This document shows positions 35,013 through 45,552 of a stretch of DNA of 64,000 nt, piece by piece. The notes beneath the pieces were generated by a model, which was not told the DNA's origin, did not search any database, and was given only the letters and a program-made list of their open reading frames with translations. The position numbers and the translations under genes were made by a program. This DNA comes from Mantamonas sphyraenae STR306 (lineage: Eukaryota > Protista > CRuMs), in NCBI GenBank assembly GCA_026936335.1, contig JAPMXV010000015.1, positions 124,001-188,000 on the forward strand. The letters run 5' to 3'. Positions within the stretch are counted from its first letter, which is position 1. Each line of letters opens with the position of its first letter.

Positions 35013-37259
35013 ATGGACAAACTGCGGCAGAGGGGATTGCATCAACAGCATTTGGCCGTGGGATCACCTTCCAAAGGAGTGAGGAACAACAAGACAAAGC
35101 TGCGGAGTCTTCTGAGCTTGGACTTGGCGGCGCTGAAAGTCAAGTCGTCGACACAGCCGCGCAGCATGGCCGACCGCGTGCGAGCCAAGCAACAACAACG
35201 TGCACGTGAGAGCAACCGCAACATACAAAGCAGTGGACTGGGCAGCGACGGCGCCAAGGGCCAGGGAAAGACGGATGGGCCGCGCGGACCTGGCGCTGAT
35301 CACCCACCGCCGTTGTCAGGAACGCAAAAACCAGCAGGCGCGAAAGAAGCGCTGAGGATGCTTGCTGACGGCCTTGGAGGAGTGCCCCTGCGCAAAGGAC
35401 ACACACAGGGGAGTACAAGCCAGTCAATGTCCCAGACACGTGAACGGTCGCCTGCAAAGAAGAGCCGTGCGCAGTTGATGGTGGAGGCGGCCCAAGCACA
35501 GATGCAACAGCGGACAGAGAAGAAGCGGAGCAGGCAGGAGACACAGGAGGCACAGGAGGACGGAGTTTGGGGCGAGGGTACACACAAGGGGGTCGGGGAT
35601 TGGCAGTCGGGGAATGGCGGCAGTGGAGGAAGCAGCGGGAGCAGCGGGAGCATGAACAGCGGGGCGCGCAAAGGAACAGGCAGCCTGATGCGACGCAGGA
35701 AGCGGGCGATGGAGCGAGCAGCAAAGGAGCAACAACGTCGGAAACGTCAGCTGGAAGAAATGAGCCAGGGCAGTGGGCAGCATGGAGAGGAGGATGGGGA
35801 TGTGGGTTCAGAGGGAGGAGAAGGCAAGAGGCAGCGAGTGCACAGCGGCGACGGCTTGTCGTCATCGTCGCAATCGTCTTCATCGCAAACGGAGTACGAC
35901 ATGGCACTTGACTTTCACCACGGGGCTGAGGCCATGGACAGCGGCGCACACTCGCTGGTGATGGAGGAGTTTGAGTACCATCTTGCTGGGCTGGGCCCGG
36001 AGAACAGCACGGGGGTACGTCGAGACTCTGCGGTGGAGCTGGCAAAGCTGTTTGCAGAACGCAAGAACAGGATGCTGTTCAGAGCACATGGGGTTATGGA
36101 ACGGCTGCTGCCGGTGTGTGACCGTGTGGAACGCGACCGTACGTTGTCGTGGGTTGTGTGCTGCATCCTGCATATGGCTGTGCAGGACATTACAGGCATC
36201 GAGGACCTGTGTACAGAAGGGACGGCGGAGCTGCTGCGAGATGTGCTGCTTTCGTGCGAGCGGGACGGGACGGTGAACGCGGGTGTCAAGGAGACGATGG
36301 ATGCGCTGTACGACACAGGCGCACAGCTGGACCTGTGTGACATGGTCTTGGCCATCCTTGGACAGGTTGTGCGTCTGAACAATCCGTTCAAGGAGGTGCT
36401 GCAACGGAAAGGTGTCCTCGCACCTGTTTGTGAGCTGGTACGCGGGAAGAAGCAGCTGGCTGCGTCGCTGCACGTGCTTGAGTGGGCCACGTTCCGATCG
36501 GCAGAGAACCAGCGGTATGTGGGCGCAGAGGCACATGAAAACATGCTGCCGGTGCTGTTCGAACTGGTACGAGAGTGTGTGCAAGCACGACAACATCTGG
36601 AGCGGCTGATGAGTGTTGTGCGCGTGCTCGTCAACGTGACGCATGACGAAAGCATGTGCTGCAAGGCTGTTGCAGGCAACAAGAACCACCTGCACGTTCT
36701 ACTCTCCGTGTTTGAGGTGCACGAGTTTATGGCGCAGCGTGAGGATGCGTTCAACTGCCAGGTTCTTCTGTACAGCCTGCTGACCAACCTGGTTGAGACA
36801 GACCTTATGAATGTGTACCACACAGTGAACTTTGCGTACAGCACGGGCATGTCGAGCGCACGGTTCCACCTTGCACTGTTTGCCCTGACGCAAGGAATGG
36901 AGATGGACAAGGAAGACGATGATATGGCTGCCCTTGCTGTGCTGCCCAAGGATGACAACGAGGCAGTGCGTGTGGTGCTCTGTGGTCATATCAGCCTCTT
37001 TGTGGGCTGTCTGTTGCTCCACAATCAGGAAGCACGTCTGGAGGTGCAGGAGCTCGTCGACGGGGCACTGGTGTCCAGACTGGTCAACAGTCTGCGTGCG
37101 TTTGCACACGCCCAATCACAGGCAGGGTCGATGACTGAGCACGGCACGCTGCGGATAAAGAGCGTGCTCGATCTGTGGCACGGCTTTGTTGCGCTCTCGG
37201 ATTCGCAATCCTCCACAGAGAGTGCGACGTCATCAGCCAACTCGGCAGCTACGGTGTAG
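35013..37259 (+). CDS. WAPL: Cohesin release factor WAPL (start uncertain: 35013 or 35166)
   Basis: Disordered N-terminus followed by EEFEYHLAGLG...VRRDSAVELA...RMLFRAHG and HEAT-like helices (VRVLVNVTHD, LLTNLVE), typical of the WAPL domain. Confidence 0.85.
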   Translation: MDKLRQRGLHQQHLAVGSPSKGVRNNKTKLRSLLSLDLAALKVKSSTQPRSMADRVRAKQQQRARESNRNIQSSGLGSDGAKGQGKTDGPRGPGADHPPPLSGTQKPAGAKEALRMLADGLGGVPLRKGHTQGSTSQSMSQTRERSPAKKSRAQLMVEAAQAQMQQRTEKKRSRQETQEAQEDGVWGEGTHKGVGDWQSGNGGSGGSSGSSGSMNSGARKGTGSLMRRRKRAMERAAKEQQRRKRQLEEMSQGSGQHGEEDGDVGSEGGEGKRQRVHSGDGLSSSSQSSSSQTEYDMALDFHHGAEAMDSGAHSLVMEEFEYHLAGLGPENSTGVRRDSAVELAKLFAERKNRMLFRAHGVMERLLPVCDRVERDRTLSWVVCCILHMAVQDITGIEDLCTEGTAELLRDVLLSCERDGTVNAGVKETMDALYDTGAQLDLCDMVLAILGQVVRLNNPFKEVLQRKGVLAPVCELVRGKKQLAASLHVLEWATFRSAENQRYVGAEAHENMLPVLFELVRECVQARQHLERLMSVVRVLVNVTHDESMCCKAVAGNKNHLHVLLSVFEVHEFMAQREDAFNCQVLLYSLLTNLVETDLMNVYHTVNFAYSTGMSSARFHLALFALTQGMEMDKEDDDMAALAVLPKDDNEAVRVVLCGHISLFVGCLLLHNQEARLEVQELVDGALVSRLVNSLRAFAHAQSQAGSMTEHGTLRIKSVLDLWHGFVALSDSQSSTESATSSANSAATV

Positions 37260-37362
37260 CGGATGACTGCGAAGCGGAGGCAATTGATGCGTCGCAGGTG
37301 GCAGTGTCAGCACGTGTGACGGCCGCGACGGCAAAACCAAAGAAAACCCAATCAAAACAAAC

Positions 37363-38297
37363 ATGGTGTGTTGATGAGAGAGAGGGAGAGGGAGAGAGTG
37401 TGTGTGGGTGTGGGTGTATGGATAGACAGGGAGTTGGCGAAGGGTGCGATGTGTGGATGGATGGAGGTTGAGCGAATGTTTGTTGCGGAAACTGACAGGG
37501 AGTTGGCGGTGGGGTACAGCCCGGAAAGCGCGACAACAAGAAGACCCCGATGAGCCGTTCGGTGAAGGCCGGACTTACGGTGAGTGTTTAGCGTGTGTGC
37601 GGGGAGGTTGGAAAGGGCAGGAGGGGGGGAGAAGGGAGCGGACGGGTTTTTTGGCGCGCAGAATGAGTTTTGGCGCGAGGAAGCAAAAGAGGGTGGTGTG
37701 TGTTGAAGGGAGGGAGTGATTGGAGAATTAGGAGTAGGGAGGTGTGGGTGGCAGGAAACGACGTGGGATGGGGCAGGGTGGAGGGTTGGAGAGGAGGTGT
37801 GTGTTGGGAGAGAGGGGAGAGAGGAGTGCGGGGCGTGTGGAAAAGGGCGCGAAAGTTGACGTGGAGAGAGAATTTGAGCGGGAGTTTTTGCGGGTTTTGT
37901 TTTTTTTGGGGATGGGGATGAGGAGGGGAGGACTGACACGTGGAGGGTGTGTGTGTGTGTGATGTGTGGATAGTTCCCTGTGGGACGTATCCACCGTTAC
38001 CTGAAGAACAGCACGGCGAACCGTGGACGTGTGGGAGCAGCAGCAGCGGTGTACGCAGCGGCGATCCTGGAGTACCTGACGGCTGAGGTGTTGGAGCTGG
38101 CGGGCAACGCATCGAAGGATCTGCGTGTGAAGCGTATCACACCGCGTCACTTGCAGCTTGCCATCCGTGGTGATGAGGAGCTGGACACGCTGATCAAGGC
38201 GACGCTGAGCGGTGGTGGTGTGATCCCGCACATCCACAAGTCTCTGCTGAACAAGAGCATGGGCAAGAAGGACAAGGAGGGTGGAATGCTGATGTGA
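37363..38297 (+). CDS. H2AZ: Histone H2A.Z, copy 1; join(37363..37365,37520..37579,37974..38297), 128 aa
   Basis: [20 protein letters not shown]...[10 protein letters not shown]...[49 protein letters not shown] (H2A.Z-specific); first exon is the ATG alone. Confidence 0.97.
37649..37854. promoter_or_regulatory. Cluster of E2F-like sites in H2A.Z intron 2 (TTTTGGCGCG at 37649 and 37668; GGGCGCGAAA at 37845)
   Basis: Exact matches to TTTSSCGC; retained in copy 2 (43166, 43185, 43362). Confidence 0.55.
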
Positions 38298-38532
38298 AGA
38301 GGATGCGAGGGAGTTGTGGAGGAGGAAGGAAAGGAGAAGGGAGACGGGTGGTGTTGTGTGTGCGTGTATGCGTGTGCGTGTGTGTGGATACGGACTGTGT
38401 CGGTGGCCGAGCTGGCCCATTGTATGGGTTGCCAGTGGAGGGCATCGAGGGAGTGGGATCCCCACACATGGTGTGCACCGAGGAACAAAAGCGCAACGTC
38501 TTCCACCTCTTTTCGTCTTTTTCGTTGCGGCC

Positions 38533-39044
38533 ATGGGCATCACGCAGAGCATCAACAATTTCGCCAACGGCGTGGAGGAAAAGGCCAAGACGATGGCCAT
38601 GATCCAGGCGTATCGGCGTGCGTTGTGGCGTGAGGAAACACGGTGGGAGCCCGGCTGCTGACACGCAAACGGAATTTTCGCAGAGCGCGAAAAAGAAATC
38701 GCCATGATGCGCAAGCAACAGGCCGTGCGGGTTGCGTTTGCACGCGACCGCGCGTATTACCTCGGCACAGCCTGGAGTGGACTTGTTCTGACTGCCATTG
38801 TGTCTCGTGTCCGCACAGGGACGGTGCCTACACTTGTGCGAGCTCCGCTGGGTGGTATCAGCTTCGTGCTGGCATACCACATCGATTTGGGATGGTACAA
38901 CAAGCTGGAACGCGTGCGCGCAGAGCAGACAGCATTCTCAACGACCCTGTCCAGGCTGACCTCTTCCTGGGGCCCGAGCCTCCGCTGCCGGAAGCCATGA
39001 AGCCCATCCGCGAGTTGCTCGAGCGCCAGGAGCAGGACATGTGA
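38533..39044 (+). CDS. PLGRKT: PLGRKT (C9orf46)-like small membrane protein; join(38533..38617,38684..39044) with apparent 1-nt deletion at ~38925
   Basis: MMRKQQAVRVAFARD..YYLG...PLGGISFVLAYHIDLGWYNKLERVRAE[A]DSIL resembles the recalled PLGRKT pattern MRERQMAMQIAWSRE...YQYDLGYGTLLERMKGEAEDIL. Confidence 0.75.
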
Positions 39045-39156
39045 ATTGATTCCTCCTCACACCAACAACAACAAAAAAAAATCGATGGCCACCATTGGGC
39101 GCTTCATTCGTGGGCTGCCATCACAGCAACATGATTCACCCTAAGCTCAGTACGCT

Positions 39157-41336
39157 TCAACGCTTCTTGCCGCCCGCAGGCTTGGGTTTGCGCTGCTTGC
39201 TCAGCTTGGCCGCAGCTTTGTCGTCAATGTCCATCATCTTGTCGGTGAGGCCGTATTCGGACAGGATCTCCACCATTTCGTGGACCTTGTGGCCCTGGAT
39301 GTTGATTTCCAGGCCTTTGGCGGCTTTTGTCTCGACGTGGGACGTGCTCACCGCGCAGGCAAGTCGCTTCTGGGCAATGGGTGCCAGCTGATCGGGGTCG
39401 ATGCCAAATGCCTCCAGTCCAAACGCAAACGTGTTGACCTTGCGTCCGCCGCGGATCTCCGAGGTGATTTTCACGGGTGGGATGTCGCCCTTGCGCACCT
39501 GCGGCTCGCTGCCGTCCGCAAAGTTGATCACACTGTGCACTTGCATCTTGCTTGCCACGGCCTGGATCAGTTCTGCCCGTGTCGACGTCTCTGTGGGCCT
39601 GTTGTTCTTGGGAAACATGGTGATCAGCTCGGGGCTGAGCCACACCGTGTTCTTCTGCACCTTCAGTTCCAGGTCCTCCACATACGCCCACACTGCCTCC
39701 CGCACCTCCTTCTGTGTGTACAGCTTCTTTGTGTCCATCTTGAGCTGCTCAAACAGCGCCACCGTTTGGCCCGAAGGCTTCCAAAGATGAGAGATTTGAA
39801 TTTTGGTGGCCTTGCCCTTGCTGCTTCCGCTGCTGCTTCCGCCTCCGCTTCCGCTGCTGCTGCTGCTGCTGCTGCCTGCTGACGCCTTTGCCTTGCCCTT
39901 GCCCTTCTTGCTGCTGCTGCTGCTGCCTGCATTGGCTTCGAGCAACGACATGTCAAAGGCCGGCTGGAAGCTCTTGAACTCTTCGTTGTCACGGTAGATG
40001 GCAGAGATGGACTCGTTGTTGCGCTGTTTCTTGACCTTTGCAAAGTTGCGCTTCTCCAGTGTCTTGAGGTACTTGTTGAGCTTGCCATACGTGCTCTTCT
40101 TGATGTCCAGCACATACCCGGCCGGGCACATCTGCTGCGCGTGGTGCGAATACACCGTGCCTGCCTGCATGGGCAGCTCATCGTCCTTAACCAACTCCCG
40201 AAGCGCCATCACAAAGCAGTAGTCCAGCAGCTGGTCCTGCTCTTTGCCCTTGAGCACAATGGGCTGTCCCGACGACGATTCTTCGCCTTCGTTGCCCCCA
40301 TCCTCCTCGTCTTCCTCCTCTTCCTCTGTGTCCAGCAGCACTTCGGGGCCTTCGGTGTCATCCTCACCATCGTCGCCTGCGGCTGCGGTGTCGTCGTTGC
40401 CCTCCTCGTCATCACTTTCAGCGTCCGCGGAGCTGCTGCTGCCACCGCTGCTGCCGGCGTTGCTCTCGACAAAGTCGTCGCCCAGAGCGTCACGCTTGGC
40501 CTTTTGGTAGTCGTCGGTGACACCACGGACGTGCACAGGCTCAAAGTCGTCGTCGTCGAGCCATGCGGGCGCCAGAGTCTTGCTGCCCTTGGCCCACAGC
40601 GCGTCCTTGTAGTAGTGCTCCACCAGAAGCATCTTGCCGTCGCCGTCGCGGCCCATCTTGTTGGCATAGTCACTGTCCACATTGGCGCGTCCCAAGGCCA
40701 ACGGCACGCCCGTCTCGATCATTTTCAGGGCCAGGGGTTGGCCCTCGCGAAATTCTGGGAATCCGGCCTGGGGCACAACCACGCCACGAGTCATAAAATC
40801 TGCAGGGAGGGCGTATGGCCAGCGGCAGGCGGATGCACGTGTGGATCGGCAGGGACAATGTACGGCGGTGTGAGTGAGTGTGTGTGTGTGTGAGTGTGTG
40901 AGCGGAATCGAGCCTGTGTGCGGAGTTGTCACTGCATGCACTGGATACGCGTGTGCATGGCGTGGGATGACTTACCTGCGCCGTTGCTGATGCGAGTAAA
41001 CACAGGCAAATGGGTGTACACGGAAGGGATGCAGTTGGGGAATTTCCAGAGCATGTAGAGGGTGGGGCAGAAGGTGCTGCGCCCGTCGAGGTCGAGCACA
41101 AAGGGCTCGTCGTTGACAAGGTACACAATCATGTACTGGTCCTGTTCGCACTTGCATTGGTGCACGGGATCCTTGGGTGCCCACAGTGTGTCGAAGAGCT
41201 CCATGTCGAGGTTGGGGAAGGCCTTGATGACCTTGGCCCGAAGCTTCTTGCGCTCCGAGGCCTTGATGAGCGTGTTTGTGCGGAATTCAAACGGCTTGTG
41301 GAATACGGACACGTGGCCCTTTTCACTGGTGCTCAT
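39157..41336 (-). CDS. EIF2D: Translation factor eIF2D (ligatin); complement(join(39157..40799,40976..41336)), 667 aa
   Basis: Pre-PUA/PUA (IKASERKKLR, CPTLYMLW, NGADFM), winged helix LDIKKSTYGKLNKYL, SWIB region and C-terminal SUI1 domain (RGGRKVNT...GLEAFGID...INIQG). Confidence 0.93.
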
Positions 41337-41450
41337 ACAGAAGGAACGTGTGCGAGGTGTTTTGTCGTGTGTGTGTGAGCCAGCGCAGAAGGGGCCAAAC
41401 AAGGACCCAACTCACAAACACCCTCCCACCCACAACCATCGGGCCGCATC

Positions 41451-42822
41451 ATGTCGGACGACCCCATTGTGGAAGTGGAAAGCACGTCGTTGGACGTCGA
41501 ACTGGACGAGGAGGAACAAAGCGGGGAGGCGGTGGAGCTGGAAGAGAATGACGCGGAGCGAAAGTCGGACGAGGCAGAGGGAGAATCCAAGAAAGAAATT
41601 TACACATACAAGGCACCATGGACGATCTACGGCATGGGCTGGAGTGTCAAAAACAGCCAGGACTTCCGGATTGCCATCGGTAGGTGGGCGGGAGTTTTTC
41701 CGTTGCCATTTCGAGGCGCGCGCGAAGCCGCAGGGGGCAGCTGGAGCGTGTGTGTGGCGCAACAGAGGGAAGGAGACATGAGGAAAGGCGGAACACGAGT
41801 GAGTACTGCTCAGGGATTGACACGGCAGACGGGGCACATGTGCACAGGGAGCTTCATCGAGGACTACACAAACAAAGTCGACGTGTTGGCGCTCAAAGAC
41901 GAAAAGTTTGAGAAGCTGTGCTCGTTTGATCATCCGTACCCGACGACAAAGATCATGTGGAATCCAAACCCGAGTGGGCCGGATCTGATTGGCACCACAG
42001 GCGACTACATGCGGCTGTGGAGGGTGTCGGAGGAGCAGGATTCCGTGCGGAAGGAAGTCGTGCTGAACAACGTGCGTTGCGTTCACGGTGGGAGGGGACA
42101 CAGGGCTGGGTTGCAGGCACGTGCACATGGACGCTGACACCGACACAACACACGTGGGCCACACACAGAACAAGCACAGCGACTTTTGTGCGCCGCTGAC
42201 GTCGTTTGACTGGAACACGGCAAGGCCAAACGTGGTGGGCACGGCGTCGATCGACACAACGTGCTCGATCTGGGACATCGAGGCCAAGACGGCTACGCAT
42301 CAACTAATTGCACACGATCGGGAGGTGTACGACATTGCGTTTGAGCCGGAGAGCGAGAATGTGTTTGCGAGCTGCAGCGCCGATGGCTCGCTGCGGCAGT
42401 TTGACCTGCGCTCGCTGATGACCTCGACCATTGTGTACGAAACGGAGGACAACTCGGCGCTGCTGCGACTGAACTGGAACATGCTGGACACAAAGGTGCT
42501 GGCCACGTTCAAGCAGGACACGCACGAGGTGATCATCCTTGACATGCGGCTGCCAGGCGTGCCTGTGGCCACGCTAACGAGCCACACGGCAAGCGTCAAC
42601 GCAGTCAGCTGGGCGCCTCATTCTGCTGGCCACTTGTGCACGGCAGGAGACGACGCCCAGGCACTGATTTGGGAAATCGCCGAGGTGAACAAGAGCGAGA
42701 TTGAAGACCCCATCCTGGCATACCAGGCAGACGGCGAGATCAACCAGATGATGTGGAACACGGCGCAACCCGAGTGGATCTCCATCTCTTTTGACAAGAC
42801 GATGCAGTTCTTGCGAGTGTGA
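41451..42822 (+). CDS. DCAF7: WD40 protein DCAF7/WDR68 (AN11/TTG1 family); join(41451..41679,41848..42071,42169..42822)
   Basis: EIYTYKAPWTIY, GSFIEDYTNKV, FDHPYPTTKIMW, SDFCAPLTSFDWN, QLIAHDREVYDIAF and WAPHS motifs. Confidence 0.96.
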
Positions 42823-42830
42823 TCTGTGCT

Positions 42831-43997
42831 GTGTGACGGCCGCGACGACGAAACCAAAGAAAACCCAATCAAAACAAACATGGTGTGTTGATGAGAGAGA
42901 AGGAGAGGGAGAGAGAGTGTGTGGGTGTGGGTGTATGGATAGACAGGGAGTTGGCGAAGGGTGCGATGTGTGGATGGATGGAGGTTGAGCGAATGTTTGT
43001 TGCGGAAACTGACAGGGAGTTGGCGGTGGGGTACAGCCCGGAAAGCGTGACAACAAGAAGACCCCGATGAGCCGTTCGGTGAAGGCCGGACTTACGGTGA
43101 GTGTTTAGCGTGTGTGCGGGGAGGTTGGAAAGGGCAGGAGGGGAGGAGAAGGGAGCGGACGGGTTTTTTGGCGCGCAGAATGAGTTTTGGCGCGAGGAAG
43201 GAAAAGAGGGTGGTGTGTGTTGAAGGGAGGGAGTGATTGGAGAATTGGGAGTAGGGAGGTGTGGGTGGCGGGAAATGACGTGGGATGGGGCAGGGTGGAG
43301 GGTTGGAGAGGAGGTGTGTGTTGGGAGAGAGGGGAGAGAGGAGTGCGGGGCGTGTGGAAAAGGGCGCGAAAGTTGACGTGGAGAGAGAATTTGAGCGGGA
43401 GTTTTTGCGGGTTTTGTTTTTTTTTGGGGATGGGGATGAGGAGGGGAGGACTGACACGTGGAGGGTGTGTGTGTGTGTGTGATGTGTGGATAGTTCCCTG
43501 TGGGACGTATCCACCGTTACCTGAAGAACAGCACGGCGAACCGTGGACGTGTGGGAGCAGCAGCAGCGGTGTACGCAGCAGCGATCCTGGAGTACCTGAC
43601 GGCTGAGGTGTTGGAGCTGGCGGGCAACGCATCGAAGGATCTGCGTGTGAAGCGTATCACACCGCGTCACTTGCAGCTTGCCATCCGTGGTGATGAGGAG
43701 CTGGACACGCTGATCAAGGCGACGCTGAGCGGTGGTGGTGTGATCCCGCACATCCACAAGTCTCTGCTGAACAAGAGCATGGGCAAGAAGGACAAGGAGG
43801 GTGGAATGCTGATGTGAAGAGGATGCGAAGGAGTTGTGGAGGAGGAAGGAAAGGAGAAGGGAGACGGGTGGTGTTGTGTGTGCGTGTATGTGTGTGTGAT
43901 GGATACGGACTGTGTCGGTGGTCGAGCTGGCCCATTGTATGGGTTGCCAGTGGAGGGCATCGAGGGAGTGGGATCCCCACACATGGTGTGCACCGAG
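42831..43997 (+). repeat. Direct repeat, copy 2 (H2A.Z cassette)
   Basis: Offset about 5517 nt from copy 1; differs by scattered substitutions and microsatellite lengths. Confidence 0.95.
42880..43817 (+). CDS. H2AZ: Histone H2A.Z, copy 2; join(42880..42882,43037..43096,43494..43817)
   Basis: Protein identical to copy 1; I saw two synonymous changes (cgc/cgt, gcg/gca). Confidence 0.97.
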
Positions 43998-44040
43998 AAC
44001 AAAAACCGCCTTGCGCCATTCCGTGCACTGGAATCGAAAG

Positions 44041-45459
44041 ATGAGCAGTACGTTGTCCTCGTCGTCGTACCAGGAAAATGCAAAGCGGATGGAGTCGTTC
44101 CGTGCTGCGTATTGGTCTCTGAAACCACGGAGGCTGAGTGTGGCTGTGGTTGCGCGACACGGGTGGAGCAACACGGGAGTGAACACGCTCACGTGTGGCA
44201 AGTGTGCGGCACGGCTTGTATATAGTGAGGAAGCCGACAAGAGCGAGGAGGAAGTGGTGGATGCGTTTGAGGAGCAGTTGCAACTGGCGCACCGTGAGCA
44301 TTGTCCGTTCCGTGGCGGAGCAGCGCCCGAGTTTTTCACGCAGTTGCCTATGCTGGAGGGCAAGCAGCTACGCGCACACCTGAACGCATCTGTGCAGTCG
44401 CTGGTGGACGTGGCGTCGTGTGTGCTGCACGTGCCACAGCTGGCGGAAAGTGCGGCAACCCGCGCTGTGTTGGATGCGGTGGCCCAGGCGCTTCCAGAAG
44501 TCGAATGGAAGAACGAGGTGTTTGCGCAAGTGGAAGACAAACTGCAGCGGCGCGACCTGCTTGCGTTGGTGCTGTGTGGATGGCGCTGTGACGTGCTGGA
44601 GGGGGCCGACGAGGAGGTGGAGGCATTTGAGGCGACACACACGCTTGCGTGTTCGCTCTGTGCACGGAGAGTGGGACTGTGGAGTGTGGAAACACAAACA
44701 GTGGCGTTGAAGGATGTGGACACGGTGGGAAGCAAGCGCAAGGCCAAAGCCGGAGCAAAGTCGCAGCCGGCGTTCAAGAAGCGTGTGCTGGACGTGCAGA
44801 TTGCAGCCAGCAAGGTTGCGCTTGAGCAAGCCTCGAGTAGCGTCCACATAGGGCTGGCAGCGTCGTCGGTGCGCTTCCAGGTGGACCTGATCGAAGACCA
44901 CCGGTGGTATTGTGCGTACAGGGACACCCGAGGCTGGGAGCGGTTCCTGAGGCAGTTGGGCAGGCAGCAGCAGTCGCCCAACAAGAGCACGGTCGGGAGT
45001 GTGGGCAATGGTGGCAGTAAGACGCCGTCAAGCACGCAAAAGCGCATGGCAGGCGAGTTTTTGGCCCGTTTCCACGCGGTTGTGCGCGATTCGGTGATGG
45101 ACACGGAGAGCGTGCACGCGGCTAGAAACAGTGGTCGCAATGGGCAGCAGCAGGGGCAGTCTACACAAGAGGAAGAGGAGGAGGACGAGAAGGGAGCAGG
45201 AGATGGGGTCGAGGTTGAGGTTGAGGTGGAGGTGGAGACACCGAGCAGCAGCAGCAGCACTGCAATCAAGAAGCAGGCAGGCGCAGCCAAGCTGGGCTCG
45301 TCAGCAACCCCAATGACATCGACGGAGGGAGTGAGCAAAGATTCGGGCAAGCAGGTGAGCAACGAGGTGAGCAAGGACGAAGGCAAGGAGCAGGAAAAGG
45401 CAAAGCCGCGGAGGATCTCGCTGAAGCGATTCCGCAGCACCAGCAGTGGCACAGGATGA
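44041..45459 (+). CDS. ZC3HC1: ZC3HC1/NIPA (Rsm1/Pml39-like) protein with two BIR-like C3HC modules
   Basis: RMESF...W..KP...ARHGW...LTCGKC...LAHREHCPF, and a second module LCGW...LACSLCARRVGLW...HRWYCAY. Confidence 0.85.
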   Translation: MSSTLSSSSYQENAKRMESFRAAYWSLKPRRLSVAVVARHGWSNTGVNTLTCGKCAARLVYSEEADKSEEEVVDAFEEQLQLAHREHCPFRGGAAPEFFTQLPMLEGKQLRAHLNASVQSLVDVASCVLHVPQLAESAATRAVLDAVAQALPEVEWKNEVFAQVEDKLQRRDLLALVLCGWRCDVLEGADEEVEAFEATHTLACSLCARRVGLWSVETQTVALKDVDTVGSKRKAKAGAKSQPAFKKRVLDVQIAASKVALEQASSSVHIGLAASSVRFQVDLIEDHRWYCAYRDTRGWERFLRQLGRQQQSPNKSTVGSVGNGGSKTPSSTQKRMAGEFLARFHAVVRDSVMDTESVHAARNSGRNGQQQGQSTQEEEEEDEKGAGDGVEVEVEVEVETPSSSSSTAIKKQAGAAKLGSSATPMTSTEGVSKDSGKQVSNEVSKDEGKEQEKAKPRRISLKRFRSTSSGTG

Positions 45460-45552
45460 TGCAAACGGTGTTGGAATGGATTGTCGTTGGCATGGTGTGT
45501 GCGCATGTGCACACGGAGAACCAAAAAAAACAAACAACACTCGCCCCTCGCC

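Larger units (their letters stand above)
37314..38482 (+). repeat. Direct repeat, copy 1 (~1.17 kb, H2A.Z cassette)
   Basis: Near-identical to 42831..43997, including introns and flanks. Confidence 0.95.

Noticed and set aside
38605-38690. Non-canonical GC-AG intron in PLGRKT
   Set aside because: A canonical GTGCGT donor at 38618 gives the correct phase.
37314-43997. H2A.Z repeats as LTRs or a composite transposon
   Set aside because: The repeats are a host gene with introns; no transposase, reverse transcriptase, terminal inverted repeats or target-site duplication were seen.
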